In this document: in pieces, positions 26,301 through 38,580 of the stretch
How positions within the stretch are numbered: the stretch's first letter is position 1
Layout of the letters: the number at the start of each line of letters is the position of its first letter
DNA from: the human T2T-CHM13v2.0 reference genome, Homo sapiens
DNA: 64,000 nucleotides
Assembly: GCF_009914755.1 (NCBI RefSeq)
Contig: NC_060928.1
Reading direction: 5' to 3' (one strand)
Notes under the pieces: generated by a model
The model's input: only the letters and a program-made list of their open reading frames with translations
Told to the model about the DNA's origin: nothing
The model's database searches: none
Position numbers and translations under genes: made by a program

Positions 26301-26676
26301 TATATTAGTCCATTTTCACACTGCTCTAAAGAAATACCAGAGACTGGGTACTTTATAAAGGAAAGAGGTTTAATTGACTTACAGTTCCACATGGCTGGGG
26401 AGGCCTCAGGAAATTTACAAGCATGGTGGAAGGGGAAACAGGCACCTTCTTCACAAGGCGGCAGGAGAGAAAAGAACGGAGGAACTTTCAAACACTTAAA
26501 ACTGTCAGCGCTTGTGAGAACTCACTCAGTATCACAAGAACCACATGGGGAAATTGCTTCCATGATCCAATCACCTTCCTCCTTTGTCATGTGGGTATTA
26601 CAGGTCTCTCCCTTAACATGTGGGGACCACAGTTCGAGATGAGATTTGGGTGAGGACACAGAGCCAAACAATATCA
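26301..26676 (-). mobile_element. THE1D-like MaLR solo LTR
   Basis: tattagtccattttcacactgct..gaaagaggtttaattgacttacagttccacatggctggggaggcctcagg..gagccaaacaatatca. Confidence 0.9.
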
Positions 26677-29600
26677 CCTCTCGTAACACAAAATAATAAA
26701 CTTTTCTGAATTCTACTTAAAAAATCCCACTAAAATTTAGAGACTTAAGTGAACTATAATGGTTAGAAATAAAATAAATCAGCCTTTGACTCAAGACTGA
26801 CATGTTTGTTACTGCTCTGTGTCAGTGACTTTTGGCACTGTACCTGCTATATATTAGGCACTCTATAAATGTTTGCTGGCTGGCTGGGTGACATGGTGTA
26901 AGACACATATAGATGTCATCAATATAGTAATAGCCAACAAAAAGAATTAGTTATATTCTTTTACTAAGACATGTATTTTTAAAATCATTGAGTTCAAAAA
27001 GAAATATAAATACTGCTCAGACTCATTGAAAAACAGCAACAAAGATGAGTTCCAGTGACTCATCTTCTGTGGACTTTCTCCAATGTAGTAACGCTCTTGG
27101 AAGGAGTTACATTAACTATTAGATATAATGAATTAGATCTTCATAAATGCTATAAGCATACTATGAAAATTCACGTTGATTTGTGTCATCATTTTAGGAT
27201 CACTAGTCATCTGAGAGGTATGAATAATCATGGCAGAGGATTGAGATTTGAGAGTTTGTTTGTCTCTCTCTTTTTTTTTAATGAATCTGGTATCATTAGA
27301 TGAATATATAGTCTAAATTACACAATGTGAAATCCTATTAAGTTACCCCATATGAGTCAGTGCACAGAGGACCACTTTTGATCAGGGTAAGACAATTCAG
27401 TTTTGAGGACCTTAGGAAAGCAAATTTCAATTTTAATCAAGTTCACACAAGGATTTATCTTTACTCCATCATCATATTAAAAGGCAGGATCTGTTACCAA
27501 CTTTAAGAATGAAATGAATCTGGAAAAATAAATAAGGACTTTGGGTTTAAAAAGTTTGAAAAATACTGTAATTTTTATTCATTTTCTCAGTGTTTTCTCA
27601 ATAATTCTTAGTAAAATACTCAAAGTGAATTGGTATGTATGTTCCATTTTTTAGTATCAACTAAATTAGCTAACTTTCCTTCCAACACATATCTCTTTCC
27701 ATAACACATACATGCATGCATGAGCACACACATTGCACATACAAACACATAAACACACTGTATCCACACATCCATGTTTACAACTATGTATAACTACACA
27801 AAATCTCTTTAAGTTCAGGCCCAAAGCAATTGCTCTGATCTCTCTGTCTCTGATGAAACCACAGACAAGGTTTCTTCATTGCCTCATTTTTAGAATAGTC
27901 CTTATCAAATACTTACACACTGTATGATTATTGATTATGTCTTTCACTATCTCTAGAAGACTGTATACTCAAGTTGGAAACTATAGCTTGAGTCTTGGTC
28001 TGTCTACAGTGTCAGTCACAAGGCCTAGCTCAGATTTGTTTAAAAGTTTATTATGGAAATACAGCCATAGATTTAATTTGAATAGTGTCTTTGAAAGTTT
28101 CCTTTGATTTTTGTCTGAAATGAAATTTCAATTTCTCAGTTTGCTTTGTTATGACTAGGTTTTGCAAATATTTTCTCAAATGGATTTTGAATATACTATA
28201 ATCAACATTTGTGTAATTTTAAATCATAGAAATATTTAAATAATAGGTAAAATATGTTTTACAGTAGTTTGTCATAATTCAGCTTTGCTACAAAAAAATA
28301 ACAATAACAAAACTGGTACATGAAAAGTTCAATAAGATCTCCAGATGATTTATTCATGATCAATATAATTTACCTTATTTCAGCTGGGTAACTTCCTTTT
28401 TTTAATTAGTCATATGATAAGAGTAGAAAAGATAATGTTGAACATTCTATTCATTTCCAAGAGAAATATAGTACAACTTCAAAAGTTTATGCAGAATATC
28501 ATTTGTATGTCTTATGGTCACTTTCTGTATGTTTTTGTTCAGAAGTGAAAGTTATTGGTTTAAATGTATGTTAGTTTCGGTGTTAATTAGCTAAACTTTA
28601 AGTATGTAAATATTTAAAAGTCATGGCTATTGAAAACCAAAAGCACTAAGTTTTCCTCCAACTAATTTTATCAGAGCAAAAGCTATGTAACAGTCAAAGC
28701 CACACTTATATTTTCTTGGTGGCCCATACATTTTGTTGTTCTATGTAATAGAACTTACAAGCTATTCATCTCTTCTTCTGTATACATATACATTACCAAT
28801 ATAGAATAAATGATACATTATCTTAGAAGTCACTAGTAAAGATTTCGTTTACAGGTGCCTATTGAACTTTTTTTTTCTTTGAGAATGTATGTAGCATGTT
28901 GTGTAAACTTAAAATATTTAATTTCCCACTGTAGGACGAAGACATACAGAAATGACAAGCTAAGCACACACTGTTTTCTGAAACCTCTATTTTTAAATAG
29001 TATGAAATATTTATTTACACAAAATTATTTGCTTAGATAAATCATTTAAAATATGTTGTCACAATCATTTTGGAAACAATAATAATTTTTTTTTATTATG
29101 ATGGTTTTCAGTGTACATTCACATATTATTCCCATAACTATAACATAAGGTTTATAGAGCAATATCAAACATTTAAAAATGAAAAAATTAAAGCACAGGA
29201 GAAAAAACTGATTTGTAGCACTTTTCTGCATTGCCTCCTTGACTAAATTTAGAACTGTTACCTGGAATCTCCTACCCTATAGGGTACTTATTTAATTAAC
29301 TCAAAGGGAAATTTTTTTGAGTTTTGGAAGGTGAAAGTAAACCAGAAGTCTTTACTCTTTGAAAGTTTTGTATTAAAGGCCATGAGAAATGAATAAAAAG
29401 GTATGGGGAGATTCTAGCTTGTTCTTACTCTCCTAGGCTCCATGTCCAGCTCTTCTTCCTGAACACAAACCTTGCTGACCAAAAGCAACCCAAGGCCCAT
29501 CGCAGGTGCAGAGGTAGATTGTTCAATGATCTTCTTCACCAAGTCTCCTTGGTAGGACCACTTGGGCAGAGCAAACTGCCGGGTTTCGAAAGCGCTTGTT

Positions 29601-30094
29601 ACTGAGTTTTCTTAGGTCCTCCAATTCTCCCTCTTAGAACTTCACATCTCCAGCAATATACAGAATTTTAGAAATTGTTAATCCTATAATAAACCCTAAT
29701 TCCATAATAGTCATACTTGTTTTAGTTCCCTGATTTAGTCTGAGAGTTGACTTTGATGAGTCACAAAGCTATTAAATATCATTATGATAAATCAAATATA
29801 TTTTTAATTATTAGCCAATGTTGAAAAAAAGACTAAGATTTCTAAGTGGGCTTGCACATGTGTCTACCAAAGTCATGTTGTAGGGAAGGATTAAAAGGTT
29901 TAAGAGATGGGAGTGAGAAAATGAGAGAAAATCTAGCAGAAGAGAATGATTTACGGTTAAGCATTTTTCCTTGCTAGCCAGTGCCGTCTACCAAGTGGCA
30001 GATTATGTCAAAAAACACTGATAAAACCAATAATATGGAAAACAAACGAAGCTTCATGCCCCTAGCATGTATTAAAGAAAACAACATCTTGATT

Positions 30095-30510
30095 ATGTCA
30101 CAATAGGATAGGTTATGTTTTGGTAACATAAAATACAAAATTTTCAGTGGATTGAAAAACAAAGATTTACAATTTATTCAAGCAAAGTCTGTATTCAGAT
30201 AAGGAACATTTTTCTGTGAGCAGCAACTGAGTGATTCAGAATTGGAAAGCCCCACCATCTTGGATCATTACCATCTGAAATATTCTGTCTCCTTGGTGGG
30301 CACCTCAAAGAAAGAGGGATCTGTAAAGTCGCTACTGGGTTCTCTATGCTTTGGGGGAAAAAAATTATACCCATAAATTCTGTCATTGTATCATAAATCA
30401 CGGGCATTGGCCAGACCTAGTCACATGGCCATAATAAACTTCAGGTTGTTAAAAATGCAGCCATATTTGTACACAGAAGGAAAGAAAATAAAGTACTGGT
30501 GAGCACTAGT
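30095..30510 (-). mobile_element. Old MLT1 (K/L-like) LTR
   Basis: ggataggttatg..gtaaca..cagtgg..aaaacaaag; cattggccagacctagtcacatggcc. Confidence 0.55.
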
Positions 30511-30539
30511 AATACTTTATTTATATAGCCTAGTATTTG

Positions 30540-30930
30540 AAATGATTAGCTTTGGCAGTGGACTTTATGATGCTAGCATATTAGTTAAATTATCTGAGCC
30601 TCAATTTTCTCATTTATAAAATGGAGGGCAATAATATTCATCTTATATTCACCTCATAGAAAAATTAGGGAGTCAAATGTGTTAATTATGCAGGTAAATG
30701 ACACTCAGTAGTTTTTAACATCATCATCATCAGTATTATTCTCTATATTGCTAGCCATTGACATCACATACCACCAGGACTGATAGATTTTGACAGCCCT
30801 TACTAATATGTATTGGAACATAGAATGTTAAAGCTGGAAGAGATTTTGGTATTATATAATCCATTCTTACCGTTTCCTTTATAAGAGAACAGATACCCAA
30901 AAGGTTAAGTGACTTACACAAGCTTAAATC
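30540..30930. mobile_element. Two MIR fragments (opposite orientations)
   Basis: tctgagcctcaattttctcatttataaaatgg; ggttaagtgacttacacaag. Confidence 0.65.
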
Positions 30931-31850
30931 TCCTCCAGTTTCCTTTCTTAGGAAAATTGCAGCTTTCTATAAAGTATGGGCTAAAGAATAAAAGTAAAAC
31001 TACCCAAATAACCTTTCCATACTGTCAAGCCTGTCCCATGTTATCTCCTTTAATTTTAATTCATTCCTTAATTGACAGTTTGTAATTAGTTAAAATCTTC
31101 CAAGGTTGCATTGGTCTTAATGACTGTGTGAGTATGGCAGACTTTTTTTGATGAAGGAGACCTCTGATAGTCTAAGAAAATGTATTTTTTAGTTTCTAAG
31201 AACCAGTCCCAGAAGGAAATCTTGCTTATTGTATTAAAAATTGGAGGGTTTAATGTTTGAAGATAAGTTAGAAAAAACAAAACAGTGAAACTGTTAATAG
31301 GTAATTTTATTTACAATATTAAATATATCGCAGAAAGAAAGGTAGCATCTGACTTATAAGGATACAAGTGATTTTCTTGTTCCCTACTTCCCCAAAAACC
31401 AGCAAAAAAAGATTCTATTAGAATTATACAGGTCAAAAAATTATAGAACTCTAAGAATATAATTAATTTCTGTGCTATCATGAAATTTTTTGTGGAATAA
31501 ATTTGTGCCATGTGGATATATATAAATAGAACACCAAAGTTCAAGCAACAAAAGCAAGTTAACTTGCTTAATAAATGGATGACAAAGAATGCTAAATGCC
31601 AAAATATAAAAATTCCATTTGAAGTTCAGAAATGCTATTACAAAAGACCTTTAAAAGTATTCTAACACATTTCCTATAAAATTGAAATTTTTTCTTTTAA
31701 TGAGTTACCTATAGATAAATACAAACATGTTCAGTAGGTCTCATCCAGACTTCCACAAAAAGACATTAAAAAAGATACTCAAAAATATGTTTCATATGTC
31801 TATAGCATGTTGAAACTGTTGAAAAAGAGAGACAGAGGACTGTGCATGTA

Positions 31851-31874
31851 TGTGTGTGTGTGTGTGTGTGTGTG
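31851..31874. repeat. (TG)n microsatellite
   Basis: About 12 TG units. Confidence 0.95.
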
Positions 31875-32873
31875 TATTTTAGAAAGGATAGGAAGTAAAA
31901 TATATAAAGTAGACGGGACAAAGAGTCTTTGTATTGGGTGTTTTAAACCTATCAAGATGATGAAAATGCTAATGAAAATTGATTTAAATCTGCAACATTT
32001 CATCATCACAAAAGAACAGAAATTGAAATGCATTACTTCTTATTTAAGGTTAAAGAGATTGTGATTTAGATGCTAAAAAGCTTTAGATGTGTTGCATAAA
32101 GAAATTGGATTTTAAAACTGTTATTTTCACTAGTGTGTATTGAGAGTCACCATACACTATATTATATTTCACAAAACAGAATGGGAAGGTAGGGGTGGGA
32201 ATGTAGTATACTACCATTACAGAAAGGTTTCCAGAATAATGGAGTCATAGACCAACAATTCAGGACATGATTTATTTGTGTCTTAGCGTTGTCAGACTTC
32301 AATCCATTAATTGGAGGAGTAAAGGGCAAAAAGCAGGAAGTTATTTAACTAATGCAGTTTATCAGGAGAGGAAATAAGGTAGTTGAAATAGATAAATTTA
32401 CTCAAGAAATATTAAGGAGATATAATTTCCAAAGCTTATTTACCATTTAAATGTAGGTCATGAAGTTAAGTGAGGAATCTAAATAGACCTTCAGATTTCT
32501 TGCTTGGGTAACTGTGTCAAATGGGTTACTTACACCAAAAGAGGAAATAGAGGATAGGTAAGAAGGTAGGGAAATATAATAAACATAGTTTTAGATATGT
32601 TGGACAATTTGTACCTGGATTTTAGAAGACGTGGGTGATTTGTATATATAAATGGGTGGTAGTTGAAACTATGAGATTTTAATATTATTTACCAAATATG
32701 TGTGATACTCAAGAACAGATTATGGTAGAGGACCAGTGTTTGTGGTATTGACAAGGAATAATTTAGATTTAGATGGCAAATTTAAATTATTATGACATCT
32801 AGAAAATCATATAAATGATAAAAGAGCCTAGAGAAAATAGTGAATTTATAGAAGGAAAATAAAATTGGGAGGA

Positions 32874-33727
32874 TATATTAGTTCATCAGTCCTACTGCAG
32901 GAAATACTACAAAGTGAGGGTCTTAAGTAACAGATACTACTATTTCACTGTTCTAGAGGCTACAAGCCTGAGATCAACTTGTCAGCAGGGCTGGCTCCTT
33001 CTGAGGACTATGAGGAGAATCTGTTCTATGTGTCTCCTAGCTTCCAAGGGTTTCCTTGCAGTCATTAGCATTCCTTGATGAATAGAAGCATCACTGTGTT
33101 AGTCCATTCTCACACTGCTACCCAGAAATACATGAGATTGGGTAATTTACAAAGAAAATAGCTTTAATTGGCTCATAGTTCCACAGTTATACAGGAGTAT
33201 GGCTGGGGAGGCCTCAGGAAACTTACACTCATGGTGGAAGGTGAAGGGGAAAGCAAGCACATCTCACATGGCCAGAGCAGGAGGAAGTGGGATTGGGGAG
33301 GCGCCACACACTTTTAAACAACCAGATCTCGCGATAACTTACTCACTATCATGAGAGCAGCACCAAAGGGAAAATCCGCTCCCATGATCCAATCACCTCC
33401 CACCAGGGCCCACCTCACGTCAGGGGATGACAATTTGATGTGAGATTAGGGCAGGGACACAGACCCAAACCACATCAATCACCAAAAGTTATGCCTTCAT
33501 CTTCACATGGCCTCCTCCCTATATGCAGGTGTGTCTGTGCTCAAATTTTCCTTTTTTGTAAGAATGCCGGTCATATTAGATTAGGGTCCCACACTACTCC
33601 AGTATAACCTCATCTTAACTATTTACACAGCAGTAATTCTATTTCCAAATAAGGTTGCCTTCTGAGGTCACGTGGGGTTAGCTCTTCAAAATATATATTC
33701 TGAGGGGACACAATTTAATCCATTACA
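32874..33727 (-). mobile_element. MLT1C-like LTR, interrupted by MSTA
   Basis: ttctagaggctacaagcctgagatcaa..cagcagggctggctccttctgagg; atttccaaataagg..ggggacacaatttaatccattaca. Confidence 0.85.
33095..33477 (-). mobile_element. MSTA-like solo LTR nested in MLT1C
   Basis: tgtgttagtccattctcacactgct...acccaaaccacatca; perfect TSD atcac. Confidence 0.9.
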
Positions 33728-34026
33728 GAGGGTTTTAGAAAAGGCACCTGTCAAGTAAAAAAAAAATACCTCATAGATCTAGAGGGCAGATTTTAAAAGT
33801 CTGTTAAGAATGGCCACTAGAAAGTCATTTTTACTGACCAGTCTCAGTTGGTGGCAGTGGCAGAAGTCTGAAAAGGGTTTAAGATGGAGTGAAAAATCAT
33901 AAAATACAGAGAATGAATTTAAGCTCTTTTTTTTTTAAAGGCGCTGAATTTGAAGGTAAAGATAAATATAAAGCAACAGTTAAAAGGAAGTGTTTGGTCT
34001 CTAAATAAAGTAAAAAGACAGGCACA

Positions 34027-34348
34027 CTATGGTCTGAATGTTTATGTGCGTTCCCCACCCCACCAAAATTCCTCTGTCCAAATCCTTACCATCAAGGTGA
34101 TGGTATTAGAAAGTAGGGCCATTGGGGGTGATTAGGTCATGGTGGCAGAGCTCTCATCAGTGGGATTCGTACCCCTATAAAAGAGGCCTGATAGTTCTCT
34201 AATCCAAAGTAGGTCCTCACCAAACACTGAATCTTCCAGAGCCTTGATCTTGGGATCCCCAGCTTCCAGAATTATGAGCAATAAATTTCTGCTGTCTATA
34301 TGCCGCCTATTTTATGGTATTTTGTTATAGCAGTCCAAACAGACTCTG
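34027..34348 (+). mobile_element. MLT1A-like LTR with internal deletion
   Basis: ctatggtctgaatgtttatg..gattaggtcatg..aataaatttctg..tatggtattttgttatagcag. Confidence 0.85.
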
Positions 34349-34459
34349 AGAGTGTATTTTGGGTTTGAGTTTAATTTTGCCAACCATGAAATTTTTTCTG
34401 AGAAAGAGCCTCATGGAGGTATGCCTGACCTGCCCAGAAAAAATCAGTTTCTGGATGCA

Positions 34460-34660
34460 AAGTAGTATAGTAAAATGAACACTAGATTTAGACTCACAAG
34501 ATCTCTTATATGGTCTTAGACTTGAAATCCCTAAGTTATGTAATATTGAGGAAGTTTGTTGACTTCTCTGGATCTCATTTCTCTCATCTGTAAAATCTAA
34601 ATCTTAATATAGTTGCATCAGAATGATATGAAAATTAAATATGACTGTTTACAAAAAGTT
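34460..34660 (+). mobile_element. MIR fragment
   Basis: acttctctggatctcatttctctcatctgtaaaat core. Confidence 0.6.
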
Positions 34661-35447
34661 CTTTAGAAAAAAATTGTATGACAGACACCTTTTTTAAATA
34701 TTATCTGCTCTATAGTAATAAAAGTCTTATGTTTTCCCTGTATCAAAATGATTTGTGGTAGCTATAAAGCACTTAGGGATATTTAGCAAATGCAAAATTA
34801 GATTTCCTCAGATTGCTACAATATAGTAAGGTAAGGATTCTTAGAAACATAATCATCTATCTGAAATACTGCATCTTTTAATCTTAAAATATTAAAAGAG
34901 GGTATTGCTGTAAAAATGTTGTTTTTCAGTGGCAATGATACTGATAAATCTCAACAAATCTTTAGGGCCAGTGCAGAAGACAGACAATATACCAAACAAA
35001 GGGGGCAGCAAAAATGGAAATATTTTTGAATTGAGTAAAATAGTACAATCTCATTCTAACTTATGGATACCAGAGAACATTAATAGATACTATACTCACA
35101 TTTTTAATTCAATGAAATGTAATTTTATATCCTTTGTTAATCAGAAGACTATAATTAGAGTAATTGATTAAATTAGATACATGTGAATAATGGAAGTGAT
35201 GAAATACAATAAATGGCAAACTATCATTGTGTTTCAATCACAAAAGACTTTGGTATTTAGTTCTCAAATCTGAAAGCAGATAAACCATTTGAAGTTTAAT
35301 ATTAAATGTTTGAAATTGTACAATTTTTCATCCTAAAATGCATATTTGTCCAAATGCAGTGCATTTAAATCTATGAAATTTATATTCAGTTCACCTACAA
35401 CCCATGCCCTGGCTAACAGATTATAACAATGCATAATTCATCCAAGA

Positions 35448-35728
<281 letters not shown>

Positions 35729-36919
35729 AATAGTTTTATTTAATTAAACTGTGTGTCTAAAACCACGTATATTATGTTGTATAATAAGTAGCTTATGTTA
35801 TCTTTTTTGATACATGTTATAAGAAGATGAGTAACAAATAGCCCACCAAGTCATATCCCAAAGGATTCTGTGTCCAACCTCACCTTCAGCAACTCACTAG
35901 AAGAATTAGCACACTGCCTGGCTTTCCTTGTCAAGCATGTTGCAGGTAACACACATCATTTCAGTGTTTCACATACAAAAGGGAAAATTAAATATCCTTA
36001 AGACTTATGGCTACGCACTAATTGAAACTTATTGTTCTAGCCGTGGCACACTCTCTACTTGAGTACGCTGTGTTTTTTCCAATGAAAAACACTCATCTCC
36101 AGTTAACATCATTTTTATGTTTATACTTGAGTCATGAAAATGGTCAAGCATACTTCTGCAGGTAAGTGTACTTGTTGAAGAATACTTCAAAGAGAAAATA
36201 ACCCTCAACACTTTTATTTTAGTGGTTGAATATATTTAAATCTTGTCTCTCTCAAAACAGGTGGAGGCAGTTCTTTCTCTCTATTCCCTTTGAATGCATT
36301 TACTAAGAATTTACCTCTTGTAAAATTGAAACGATGTATTATTCTCTTTTAAAGGAATTATCAGACCTAACACAATTCTTGGAATGCATTAATTTCAATA
36401 TTTATTCAATGAATAGTATCATCCAAATGTACTTAAAATTAAGCATAGTGCCCCTAAAGGTACCAGAAATATTCATGATGACCACAAAATATTCTGAGTG
36501 CTTTTAACTTGAGCTGAAAGTTTCCATAACACACATCTCTGCTATTTCACAATACACCAGCCTTGCTTTAGGTATCTGAGGAAGATTTTGGCATGAACGG
36601 CTAACTTCTTGAGATCAAAAGATGTGGTACAGGGTAGGAAACCACAAATATTCTACTCTCTGTTTGAAAACTCAATTTTCTTATCTGCGAGACAAGAGTT
36701 GAGAGTCTTAAAATTGCTTGGTTATAGGAAGATTTACAGTGATTGTTTATCAGAGGGGATGTGAAAGAGACTCTCCATTATCTTTCACCTATTTCCATTG
36801 TCCTCCTTTTCAGCAGGAAAAATATTTACCTGGGAAGATTTTCCGACATGTTTTGTAGCTAGGCTAGGTGACCGAAGTCTGGTCAATAAAATATAAATGT
36901 AAGTGTTATCCTGATCTTT

Positions 36920-37202
36920 CAGAACAGTGGGTTTTGTAAGGGAATAAGAAGTTTAGGTTAACTTAGGTTACTTTTTGGAAAGATTAGATCAGAGGGCACC
37001 TCCTTATTATGCTGGAGTTTTCTATATTAAGTAAGAAAAAAAATGGCCTGTTTTGAGGTCAATCTGATTTTTTAAGTTTCAGTTTGATTATGTTGTCATT
37101 TAGTTTGAGTGACTTCATTTTGGTTTGTTCTGGTGTGTTCTGTAGGGGCCTAGTGCATGAGCTCAGTCAAAAATAATTGGCCTCCAGTAATTTTGTTTGA
37201 CA
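36920..37202 (-). mobile_element. MER31-like ERV1 LTR (3' LTR position, truncated)
   Basis: Reverse strand TGTCAAACAAAATTACTGGAGGCC..ACTGAGCTCATGCACTAGGCCCC..AAACCAAAATGAAGTCACTC, preceded by polypurine tract AAAAGCAGGGGGA (37203-37215). Confidence 0.75.
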
Positions 37203-37559
37203 TCCCCCTGCTTTTGGTCAATTAGTTGAGAGTGTGACCAAGGCTTGAGGTGTTAGCACTACTCTTAGTTAACATCATTTTGGCTTTCTGGTGTCAGCGT
37301 ATCATTCATACAGTTTCCTCATGATGATGCATTTCTTTAAGTTTTTGTCATTCTAGTCAAAGAGGGACCATTTGATATGCTACATGTGGCTGCATGCAAA
37401 CATTTAAACTTCTGAGAATATGCAATATACTAGGGTGACTAATGTCGTAAATATCAGGGAGATGACATCAAGAGTTTGGCATATTCTCCTTAGCCAGAGT
37501 CCCCATGAACCAAACCCAATTAAAAAAAAAATCAAAGAGATCAAAGAATGATCTACATA

Positions 37560-37860
37560 AAGAGTCTTATTTGTTTCAACCAAGTAGCCTGTTTGTTAAT
37601 CCCCTACAGCTGAATCTCTATAATACCTGATGTATTAATTCCTGTACAACAAGAAGTGTTGTCAACTGTACAGATATTTTTTCTGTAGAGCCAATAAGTA
37701 ATCTAGAGAAATTCTATTATCTAGTACCACTTTAGCAAGAGAATCATAGATGTATGTGGTGCAACTATAGTCTTTGCAGTAGAATCTGTTATAGAGTCTA
37801 TTATGAGGAATGCATTTTTAATCATTGTCTTATTTACTTTAAACCATGAAAAAGGAGACT
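37560..37860 (-). pseudogene. Retroviral env TM remnant (immunosuppressive domain + CX6CC)
   Basis: Manual translation: [21 protein letters not shown] /frameshift/ ICTVDNTSCCTGINTSGIIEIQL*GINKQATWLKQ. Confidence 0.9.
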
Positions 37861-37879
37861 GAAGAAATAATGCCCAGCC

Positions 37880-38202
37880 AGCTGGGCATGGTGGCTCATG
37901 CCTGTAATCCCAGCACTTTGGGAGGCTGAGGTGGGCGGATCACAAGGTCAAGAGATGGAGACCATCCTGGCCAACATGGTGAAACCCTGTTTCTACTAAA
38001 AATACAAAAATTAACTGGGTGTGGTGGTGTGTGCCTGTAGTCCAAGCTACTAGGGAGGCTGAGGCAGGAGAATCATTTGAACCTGGGAGGCAGAGGTTGC
38101 AGTGAGCCAAGATCAAGCCAGAGTGAGACTCCATCAAAGAAAAAAAAGGGAAAGAAAGAAAGACCGACAGAAAGAGAAAGAAAGAAAGAAAGAAAGAAAA
38201 AG

Positions 38203-38257
<55 letters not shown>

Positions 38258-38270
38258 AGAAAGAAAGAAA
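37880..38270 (+). mobile_element. Alu (AluSc-like) with (GAAA)n tail
   Basis: Dimer lacking the ctgcactccagcctggg segment, then ~130 bp of GAAA-rich repeat. Confidence 0.93.
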
Positions 38271-38274
38271 GATC

Positions 38275-38580
38275 TTTTTTTCTATTTGGATCATGTTATC
38301 TTTTTCATGAGGATTCATGTGGTATATAGCTTTCAATAATGAATGTTTTAAGGACTCAGGAAGGACTAGGCAGCTGTCCAGGCTCTTCATGAGTCTATAC
38401 TTTGAATGCATATCCTCCTGATTATCAATTTTGTTTCTCCAATTTGAGTCCATACCACTGTTTATCAGATGGCTTATCATAGGTAATTTGACTTGGACCA
38501 TGGAGTTCATCCAAATTACATATCTAGATAATTTCTGAACTGGCTGATTTAGCATGAAAATCTGACAGTGTTTTATTGGC
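38275..38580 (-). pseudogene. Retroviral pol remnant (RNase H-integrase junction)
   Basis: LVLPESLKHSLLKAIYHMNPHEKDNMIQ resembles the integrase N-terminal H-x3-H zinc-finger region. Confidence 0.6.

Noticed and set aside
29415-29611. GC-richer ~65-codon stop-free frame on the minus strand (ENSVTSAFETRQFALPKWSY...)
   Set aside because: Bounded by in-frame stops, no convincing splice acceptor, and no recognisable homology.
31552-31569. Perfect 18-bp palindrome aagcaagttaacttgctt
   Set aside because: Isolated and without context; plausible by chance in 64 kb of AT-rich DNA.
32874-33727. MSTA nested in MLT1C
   Set aside because: Ordinary young-into-old nesting with a clean TSD.
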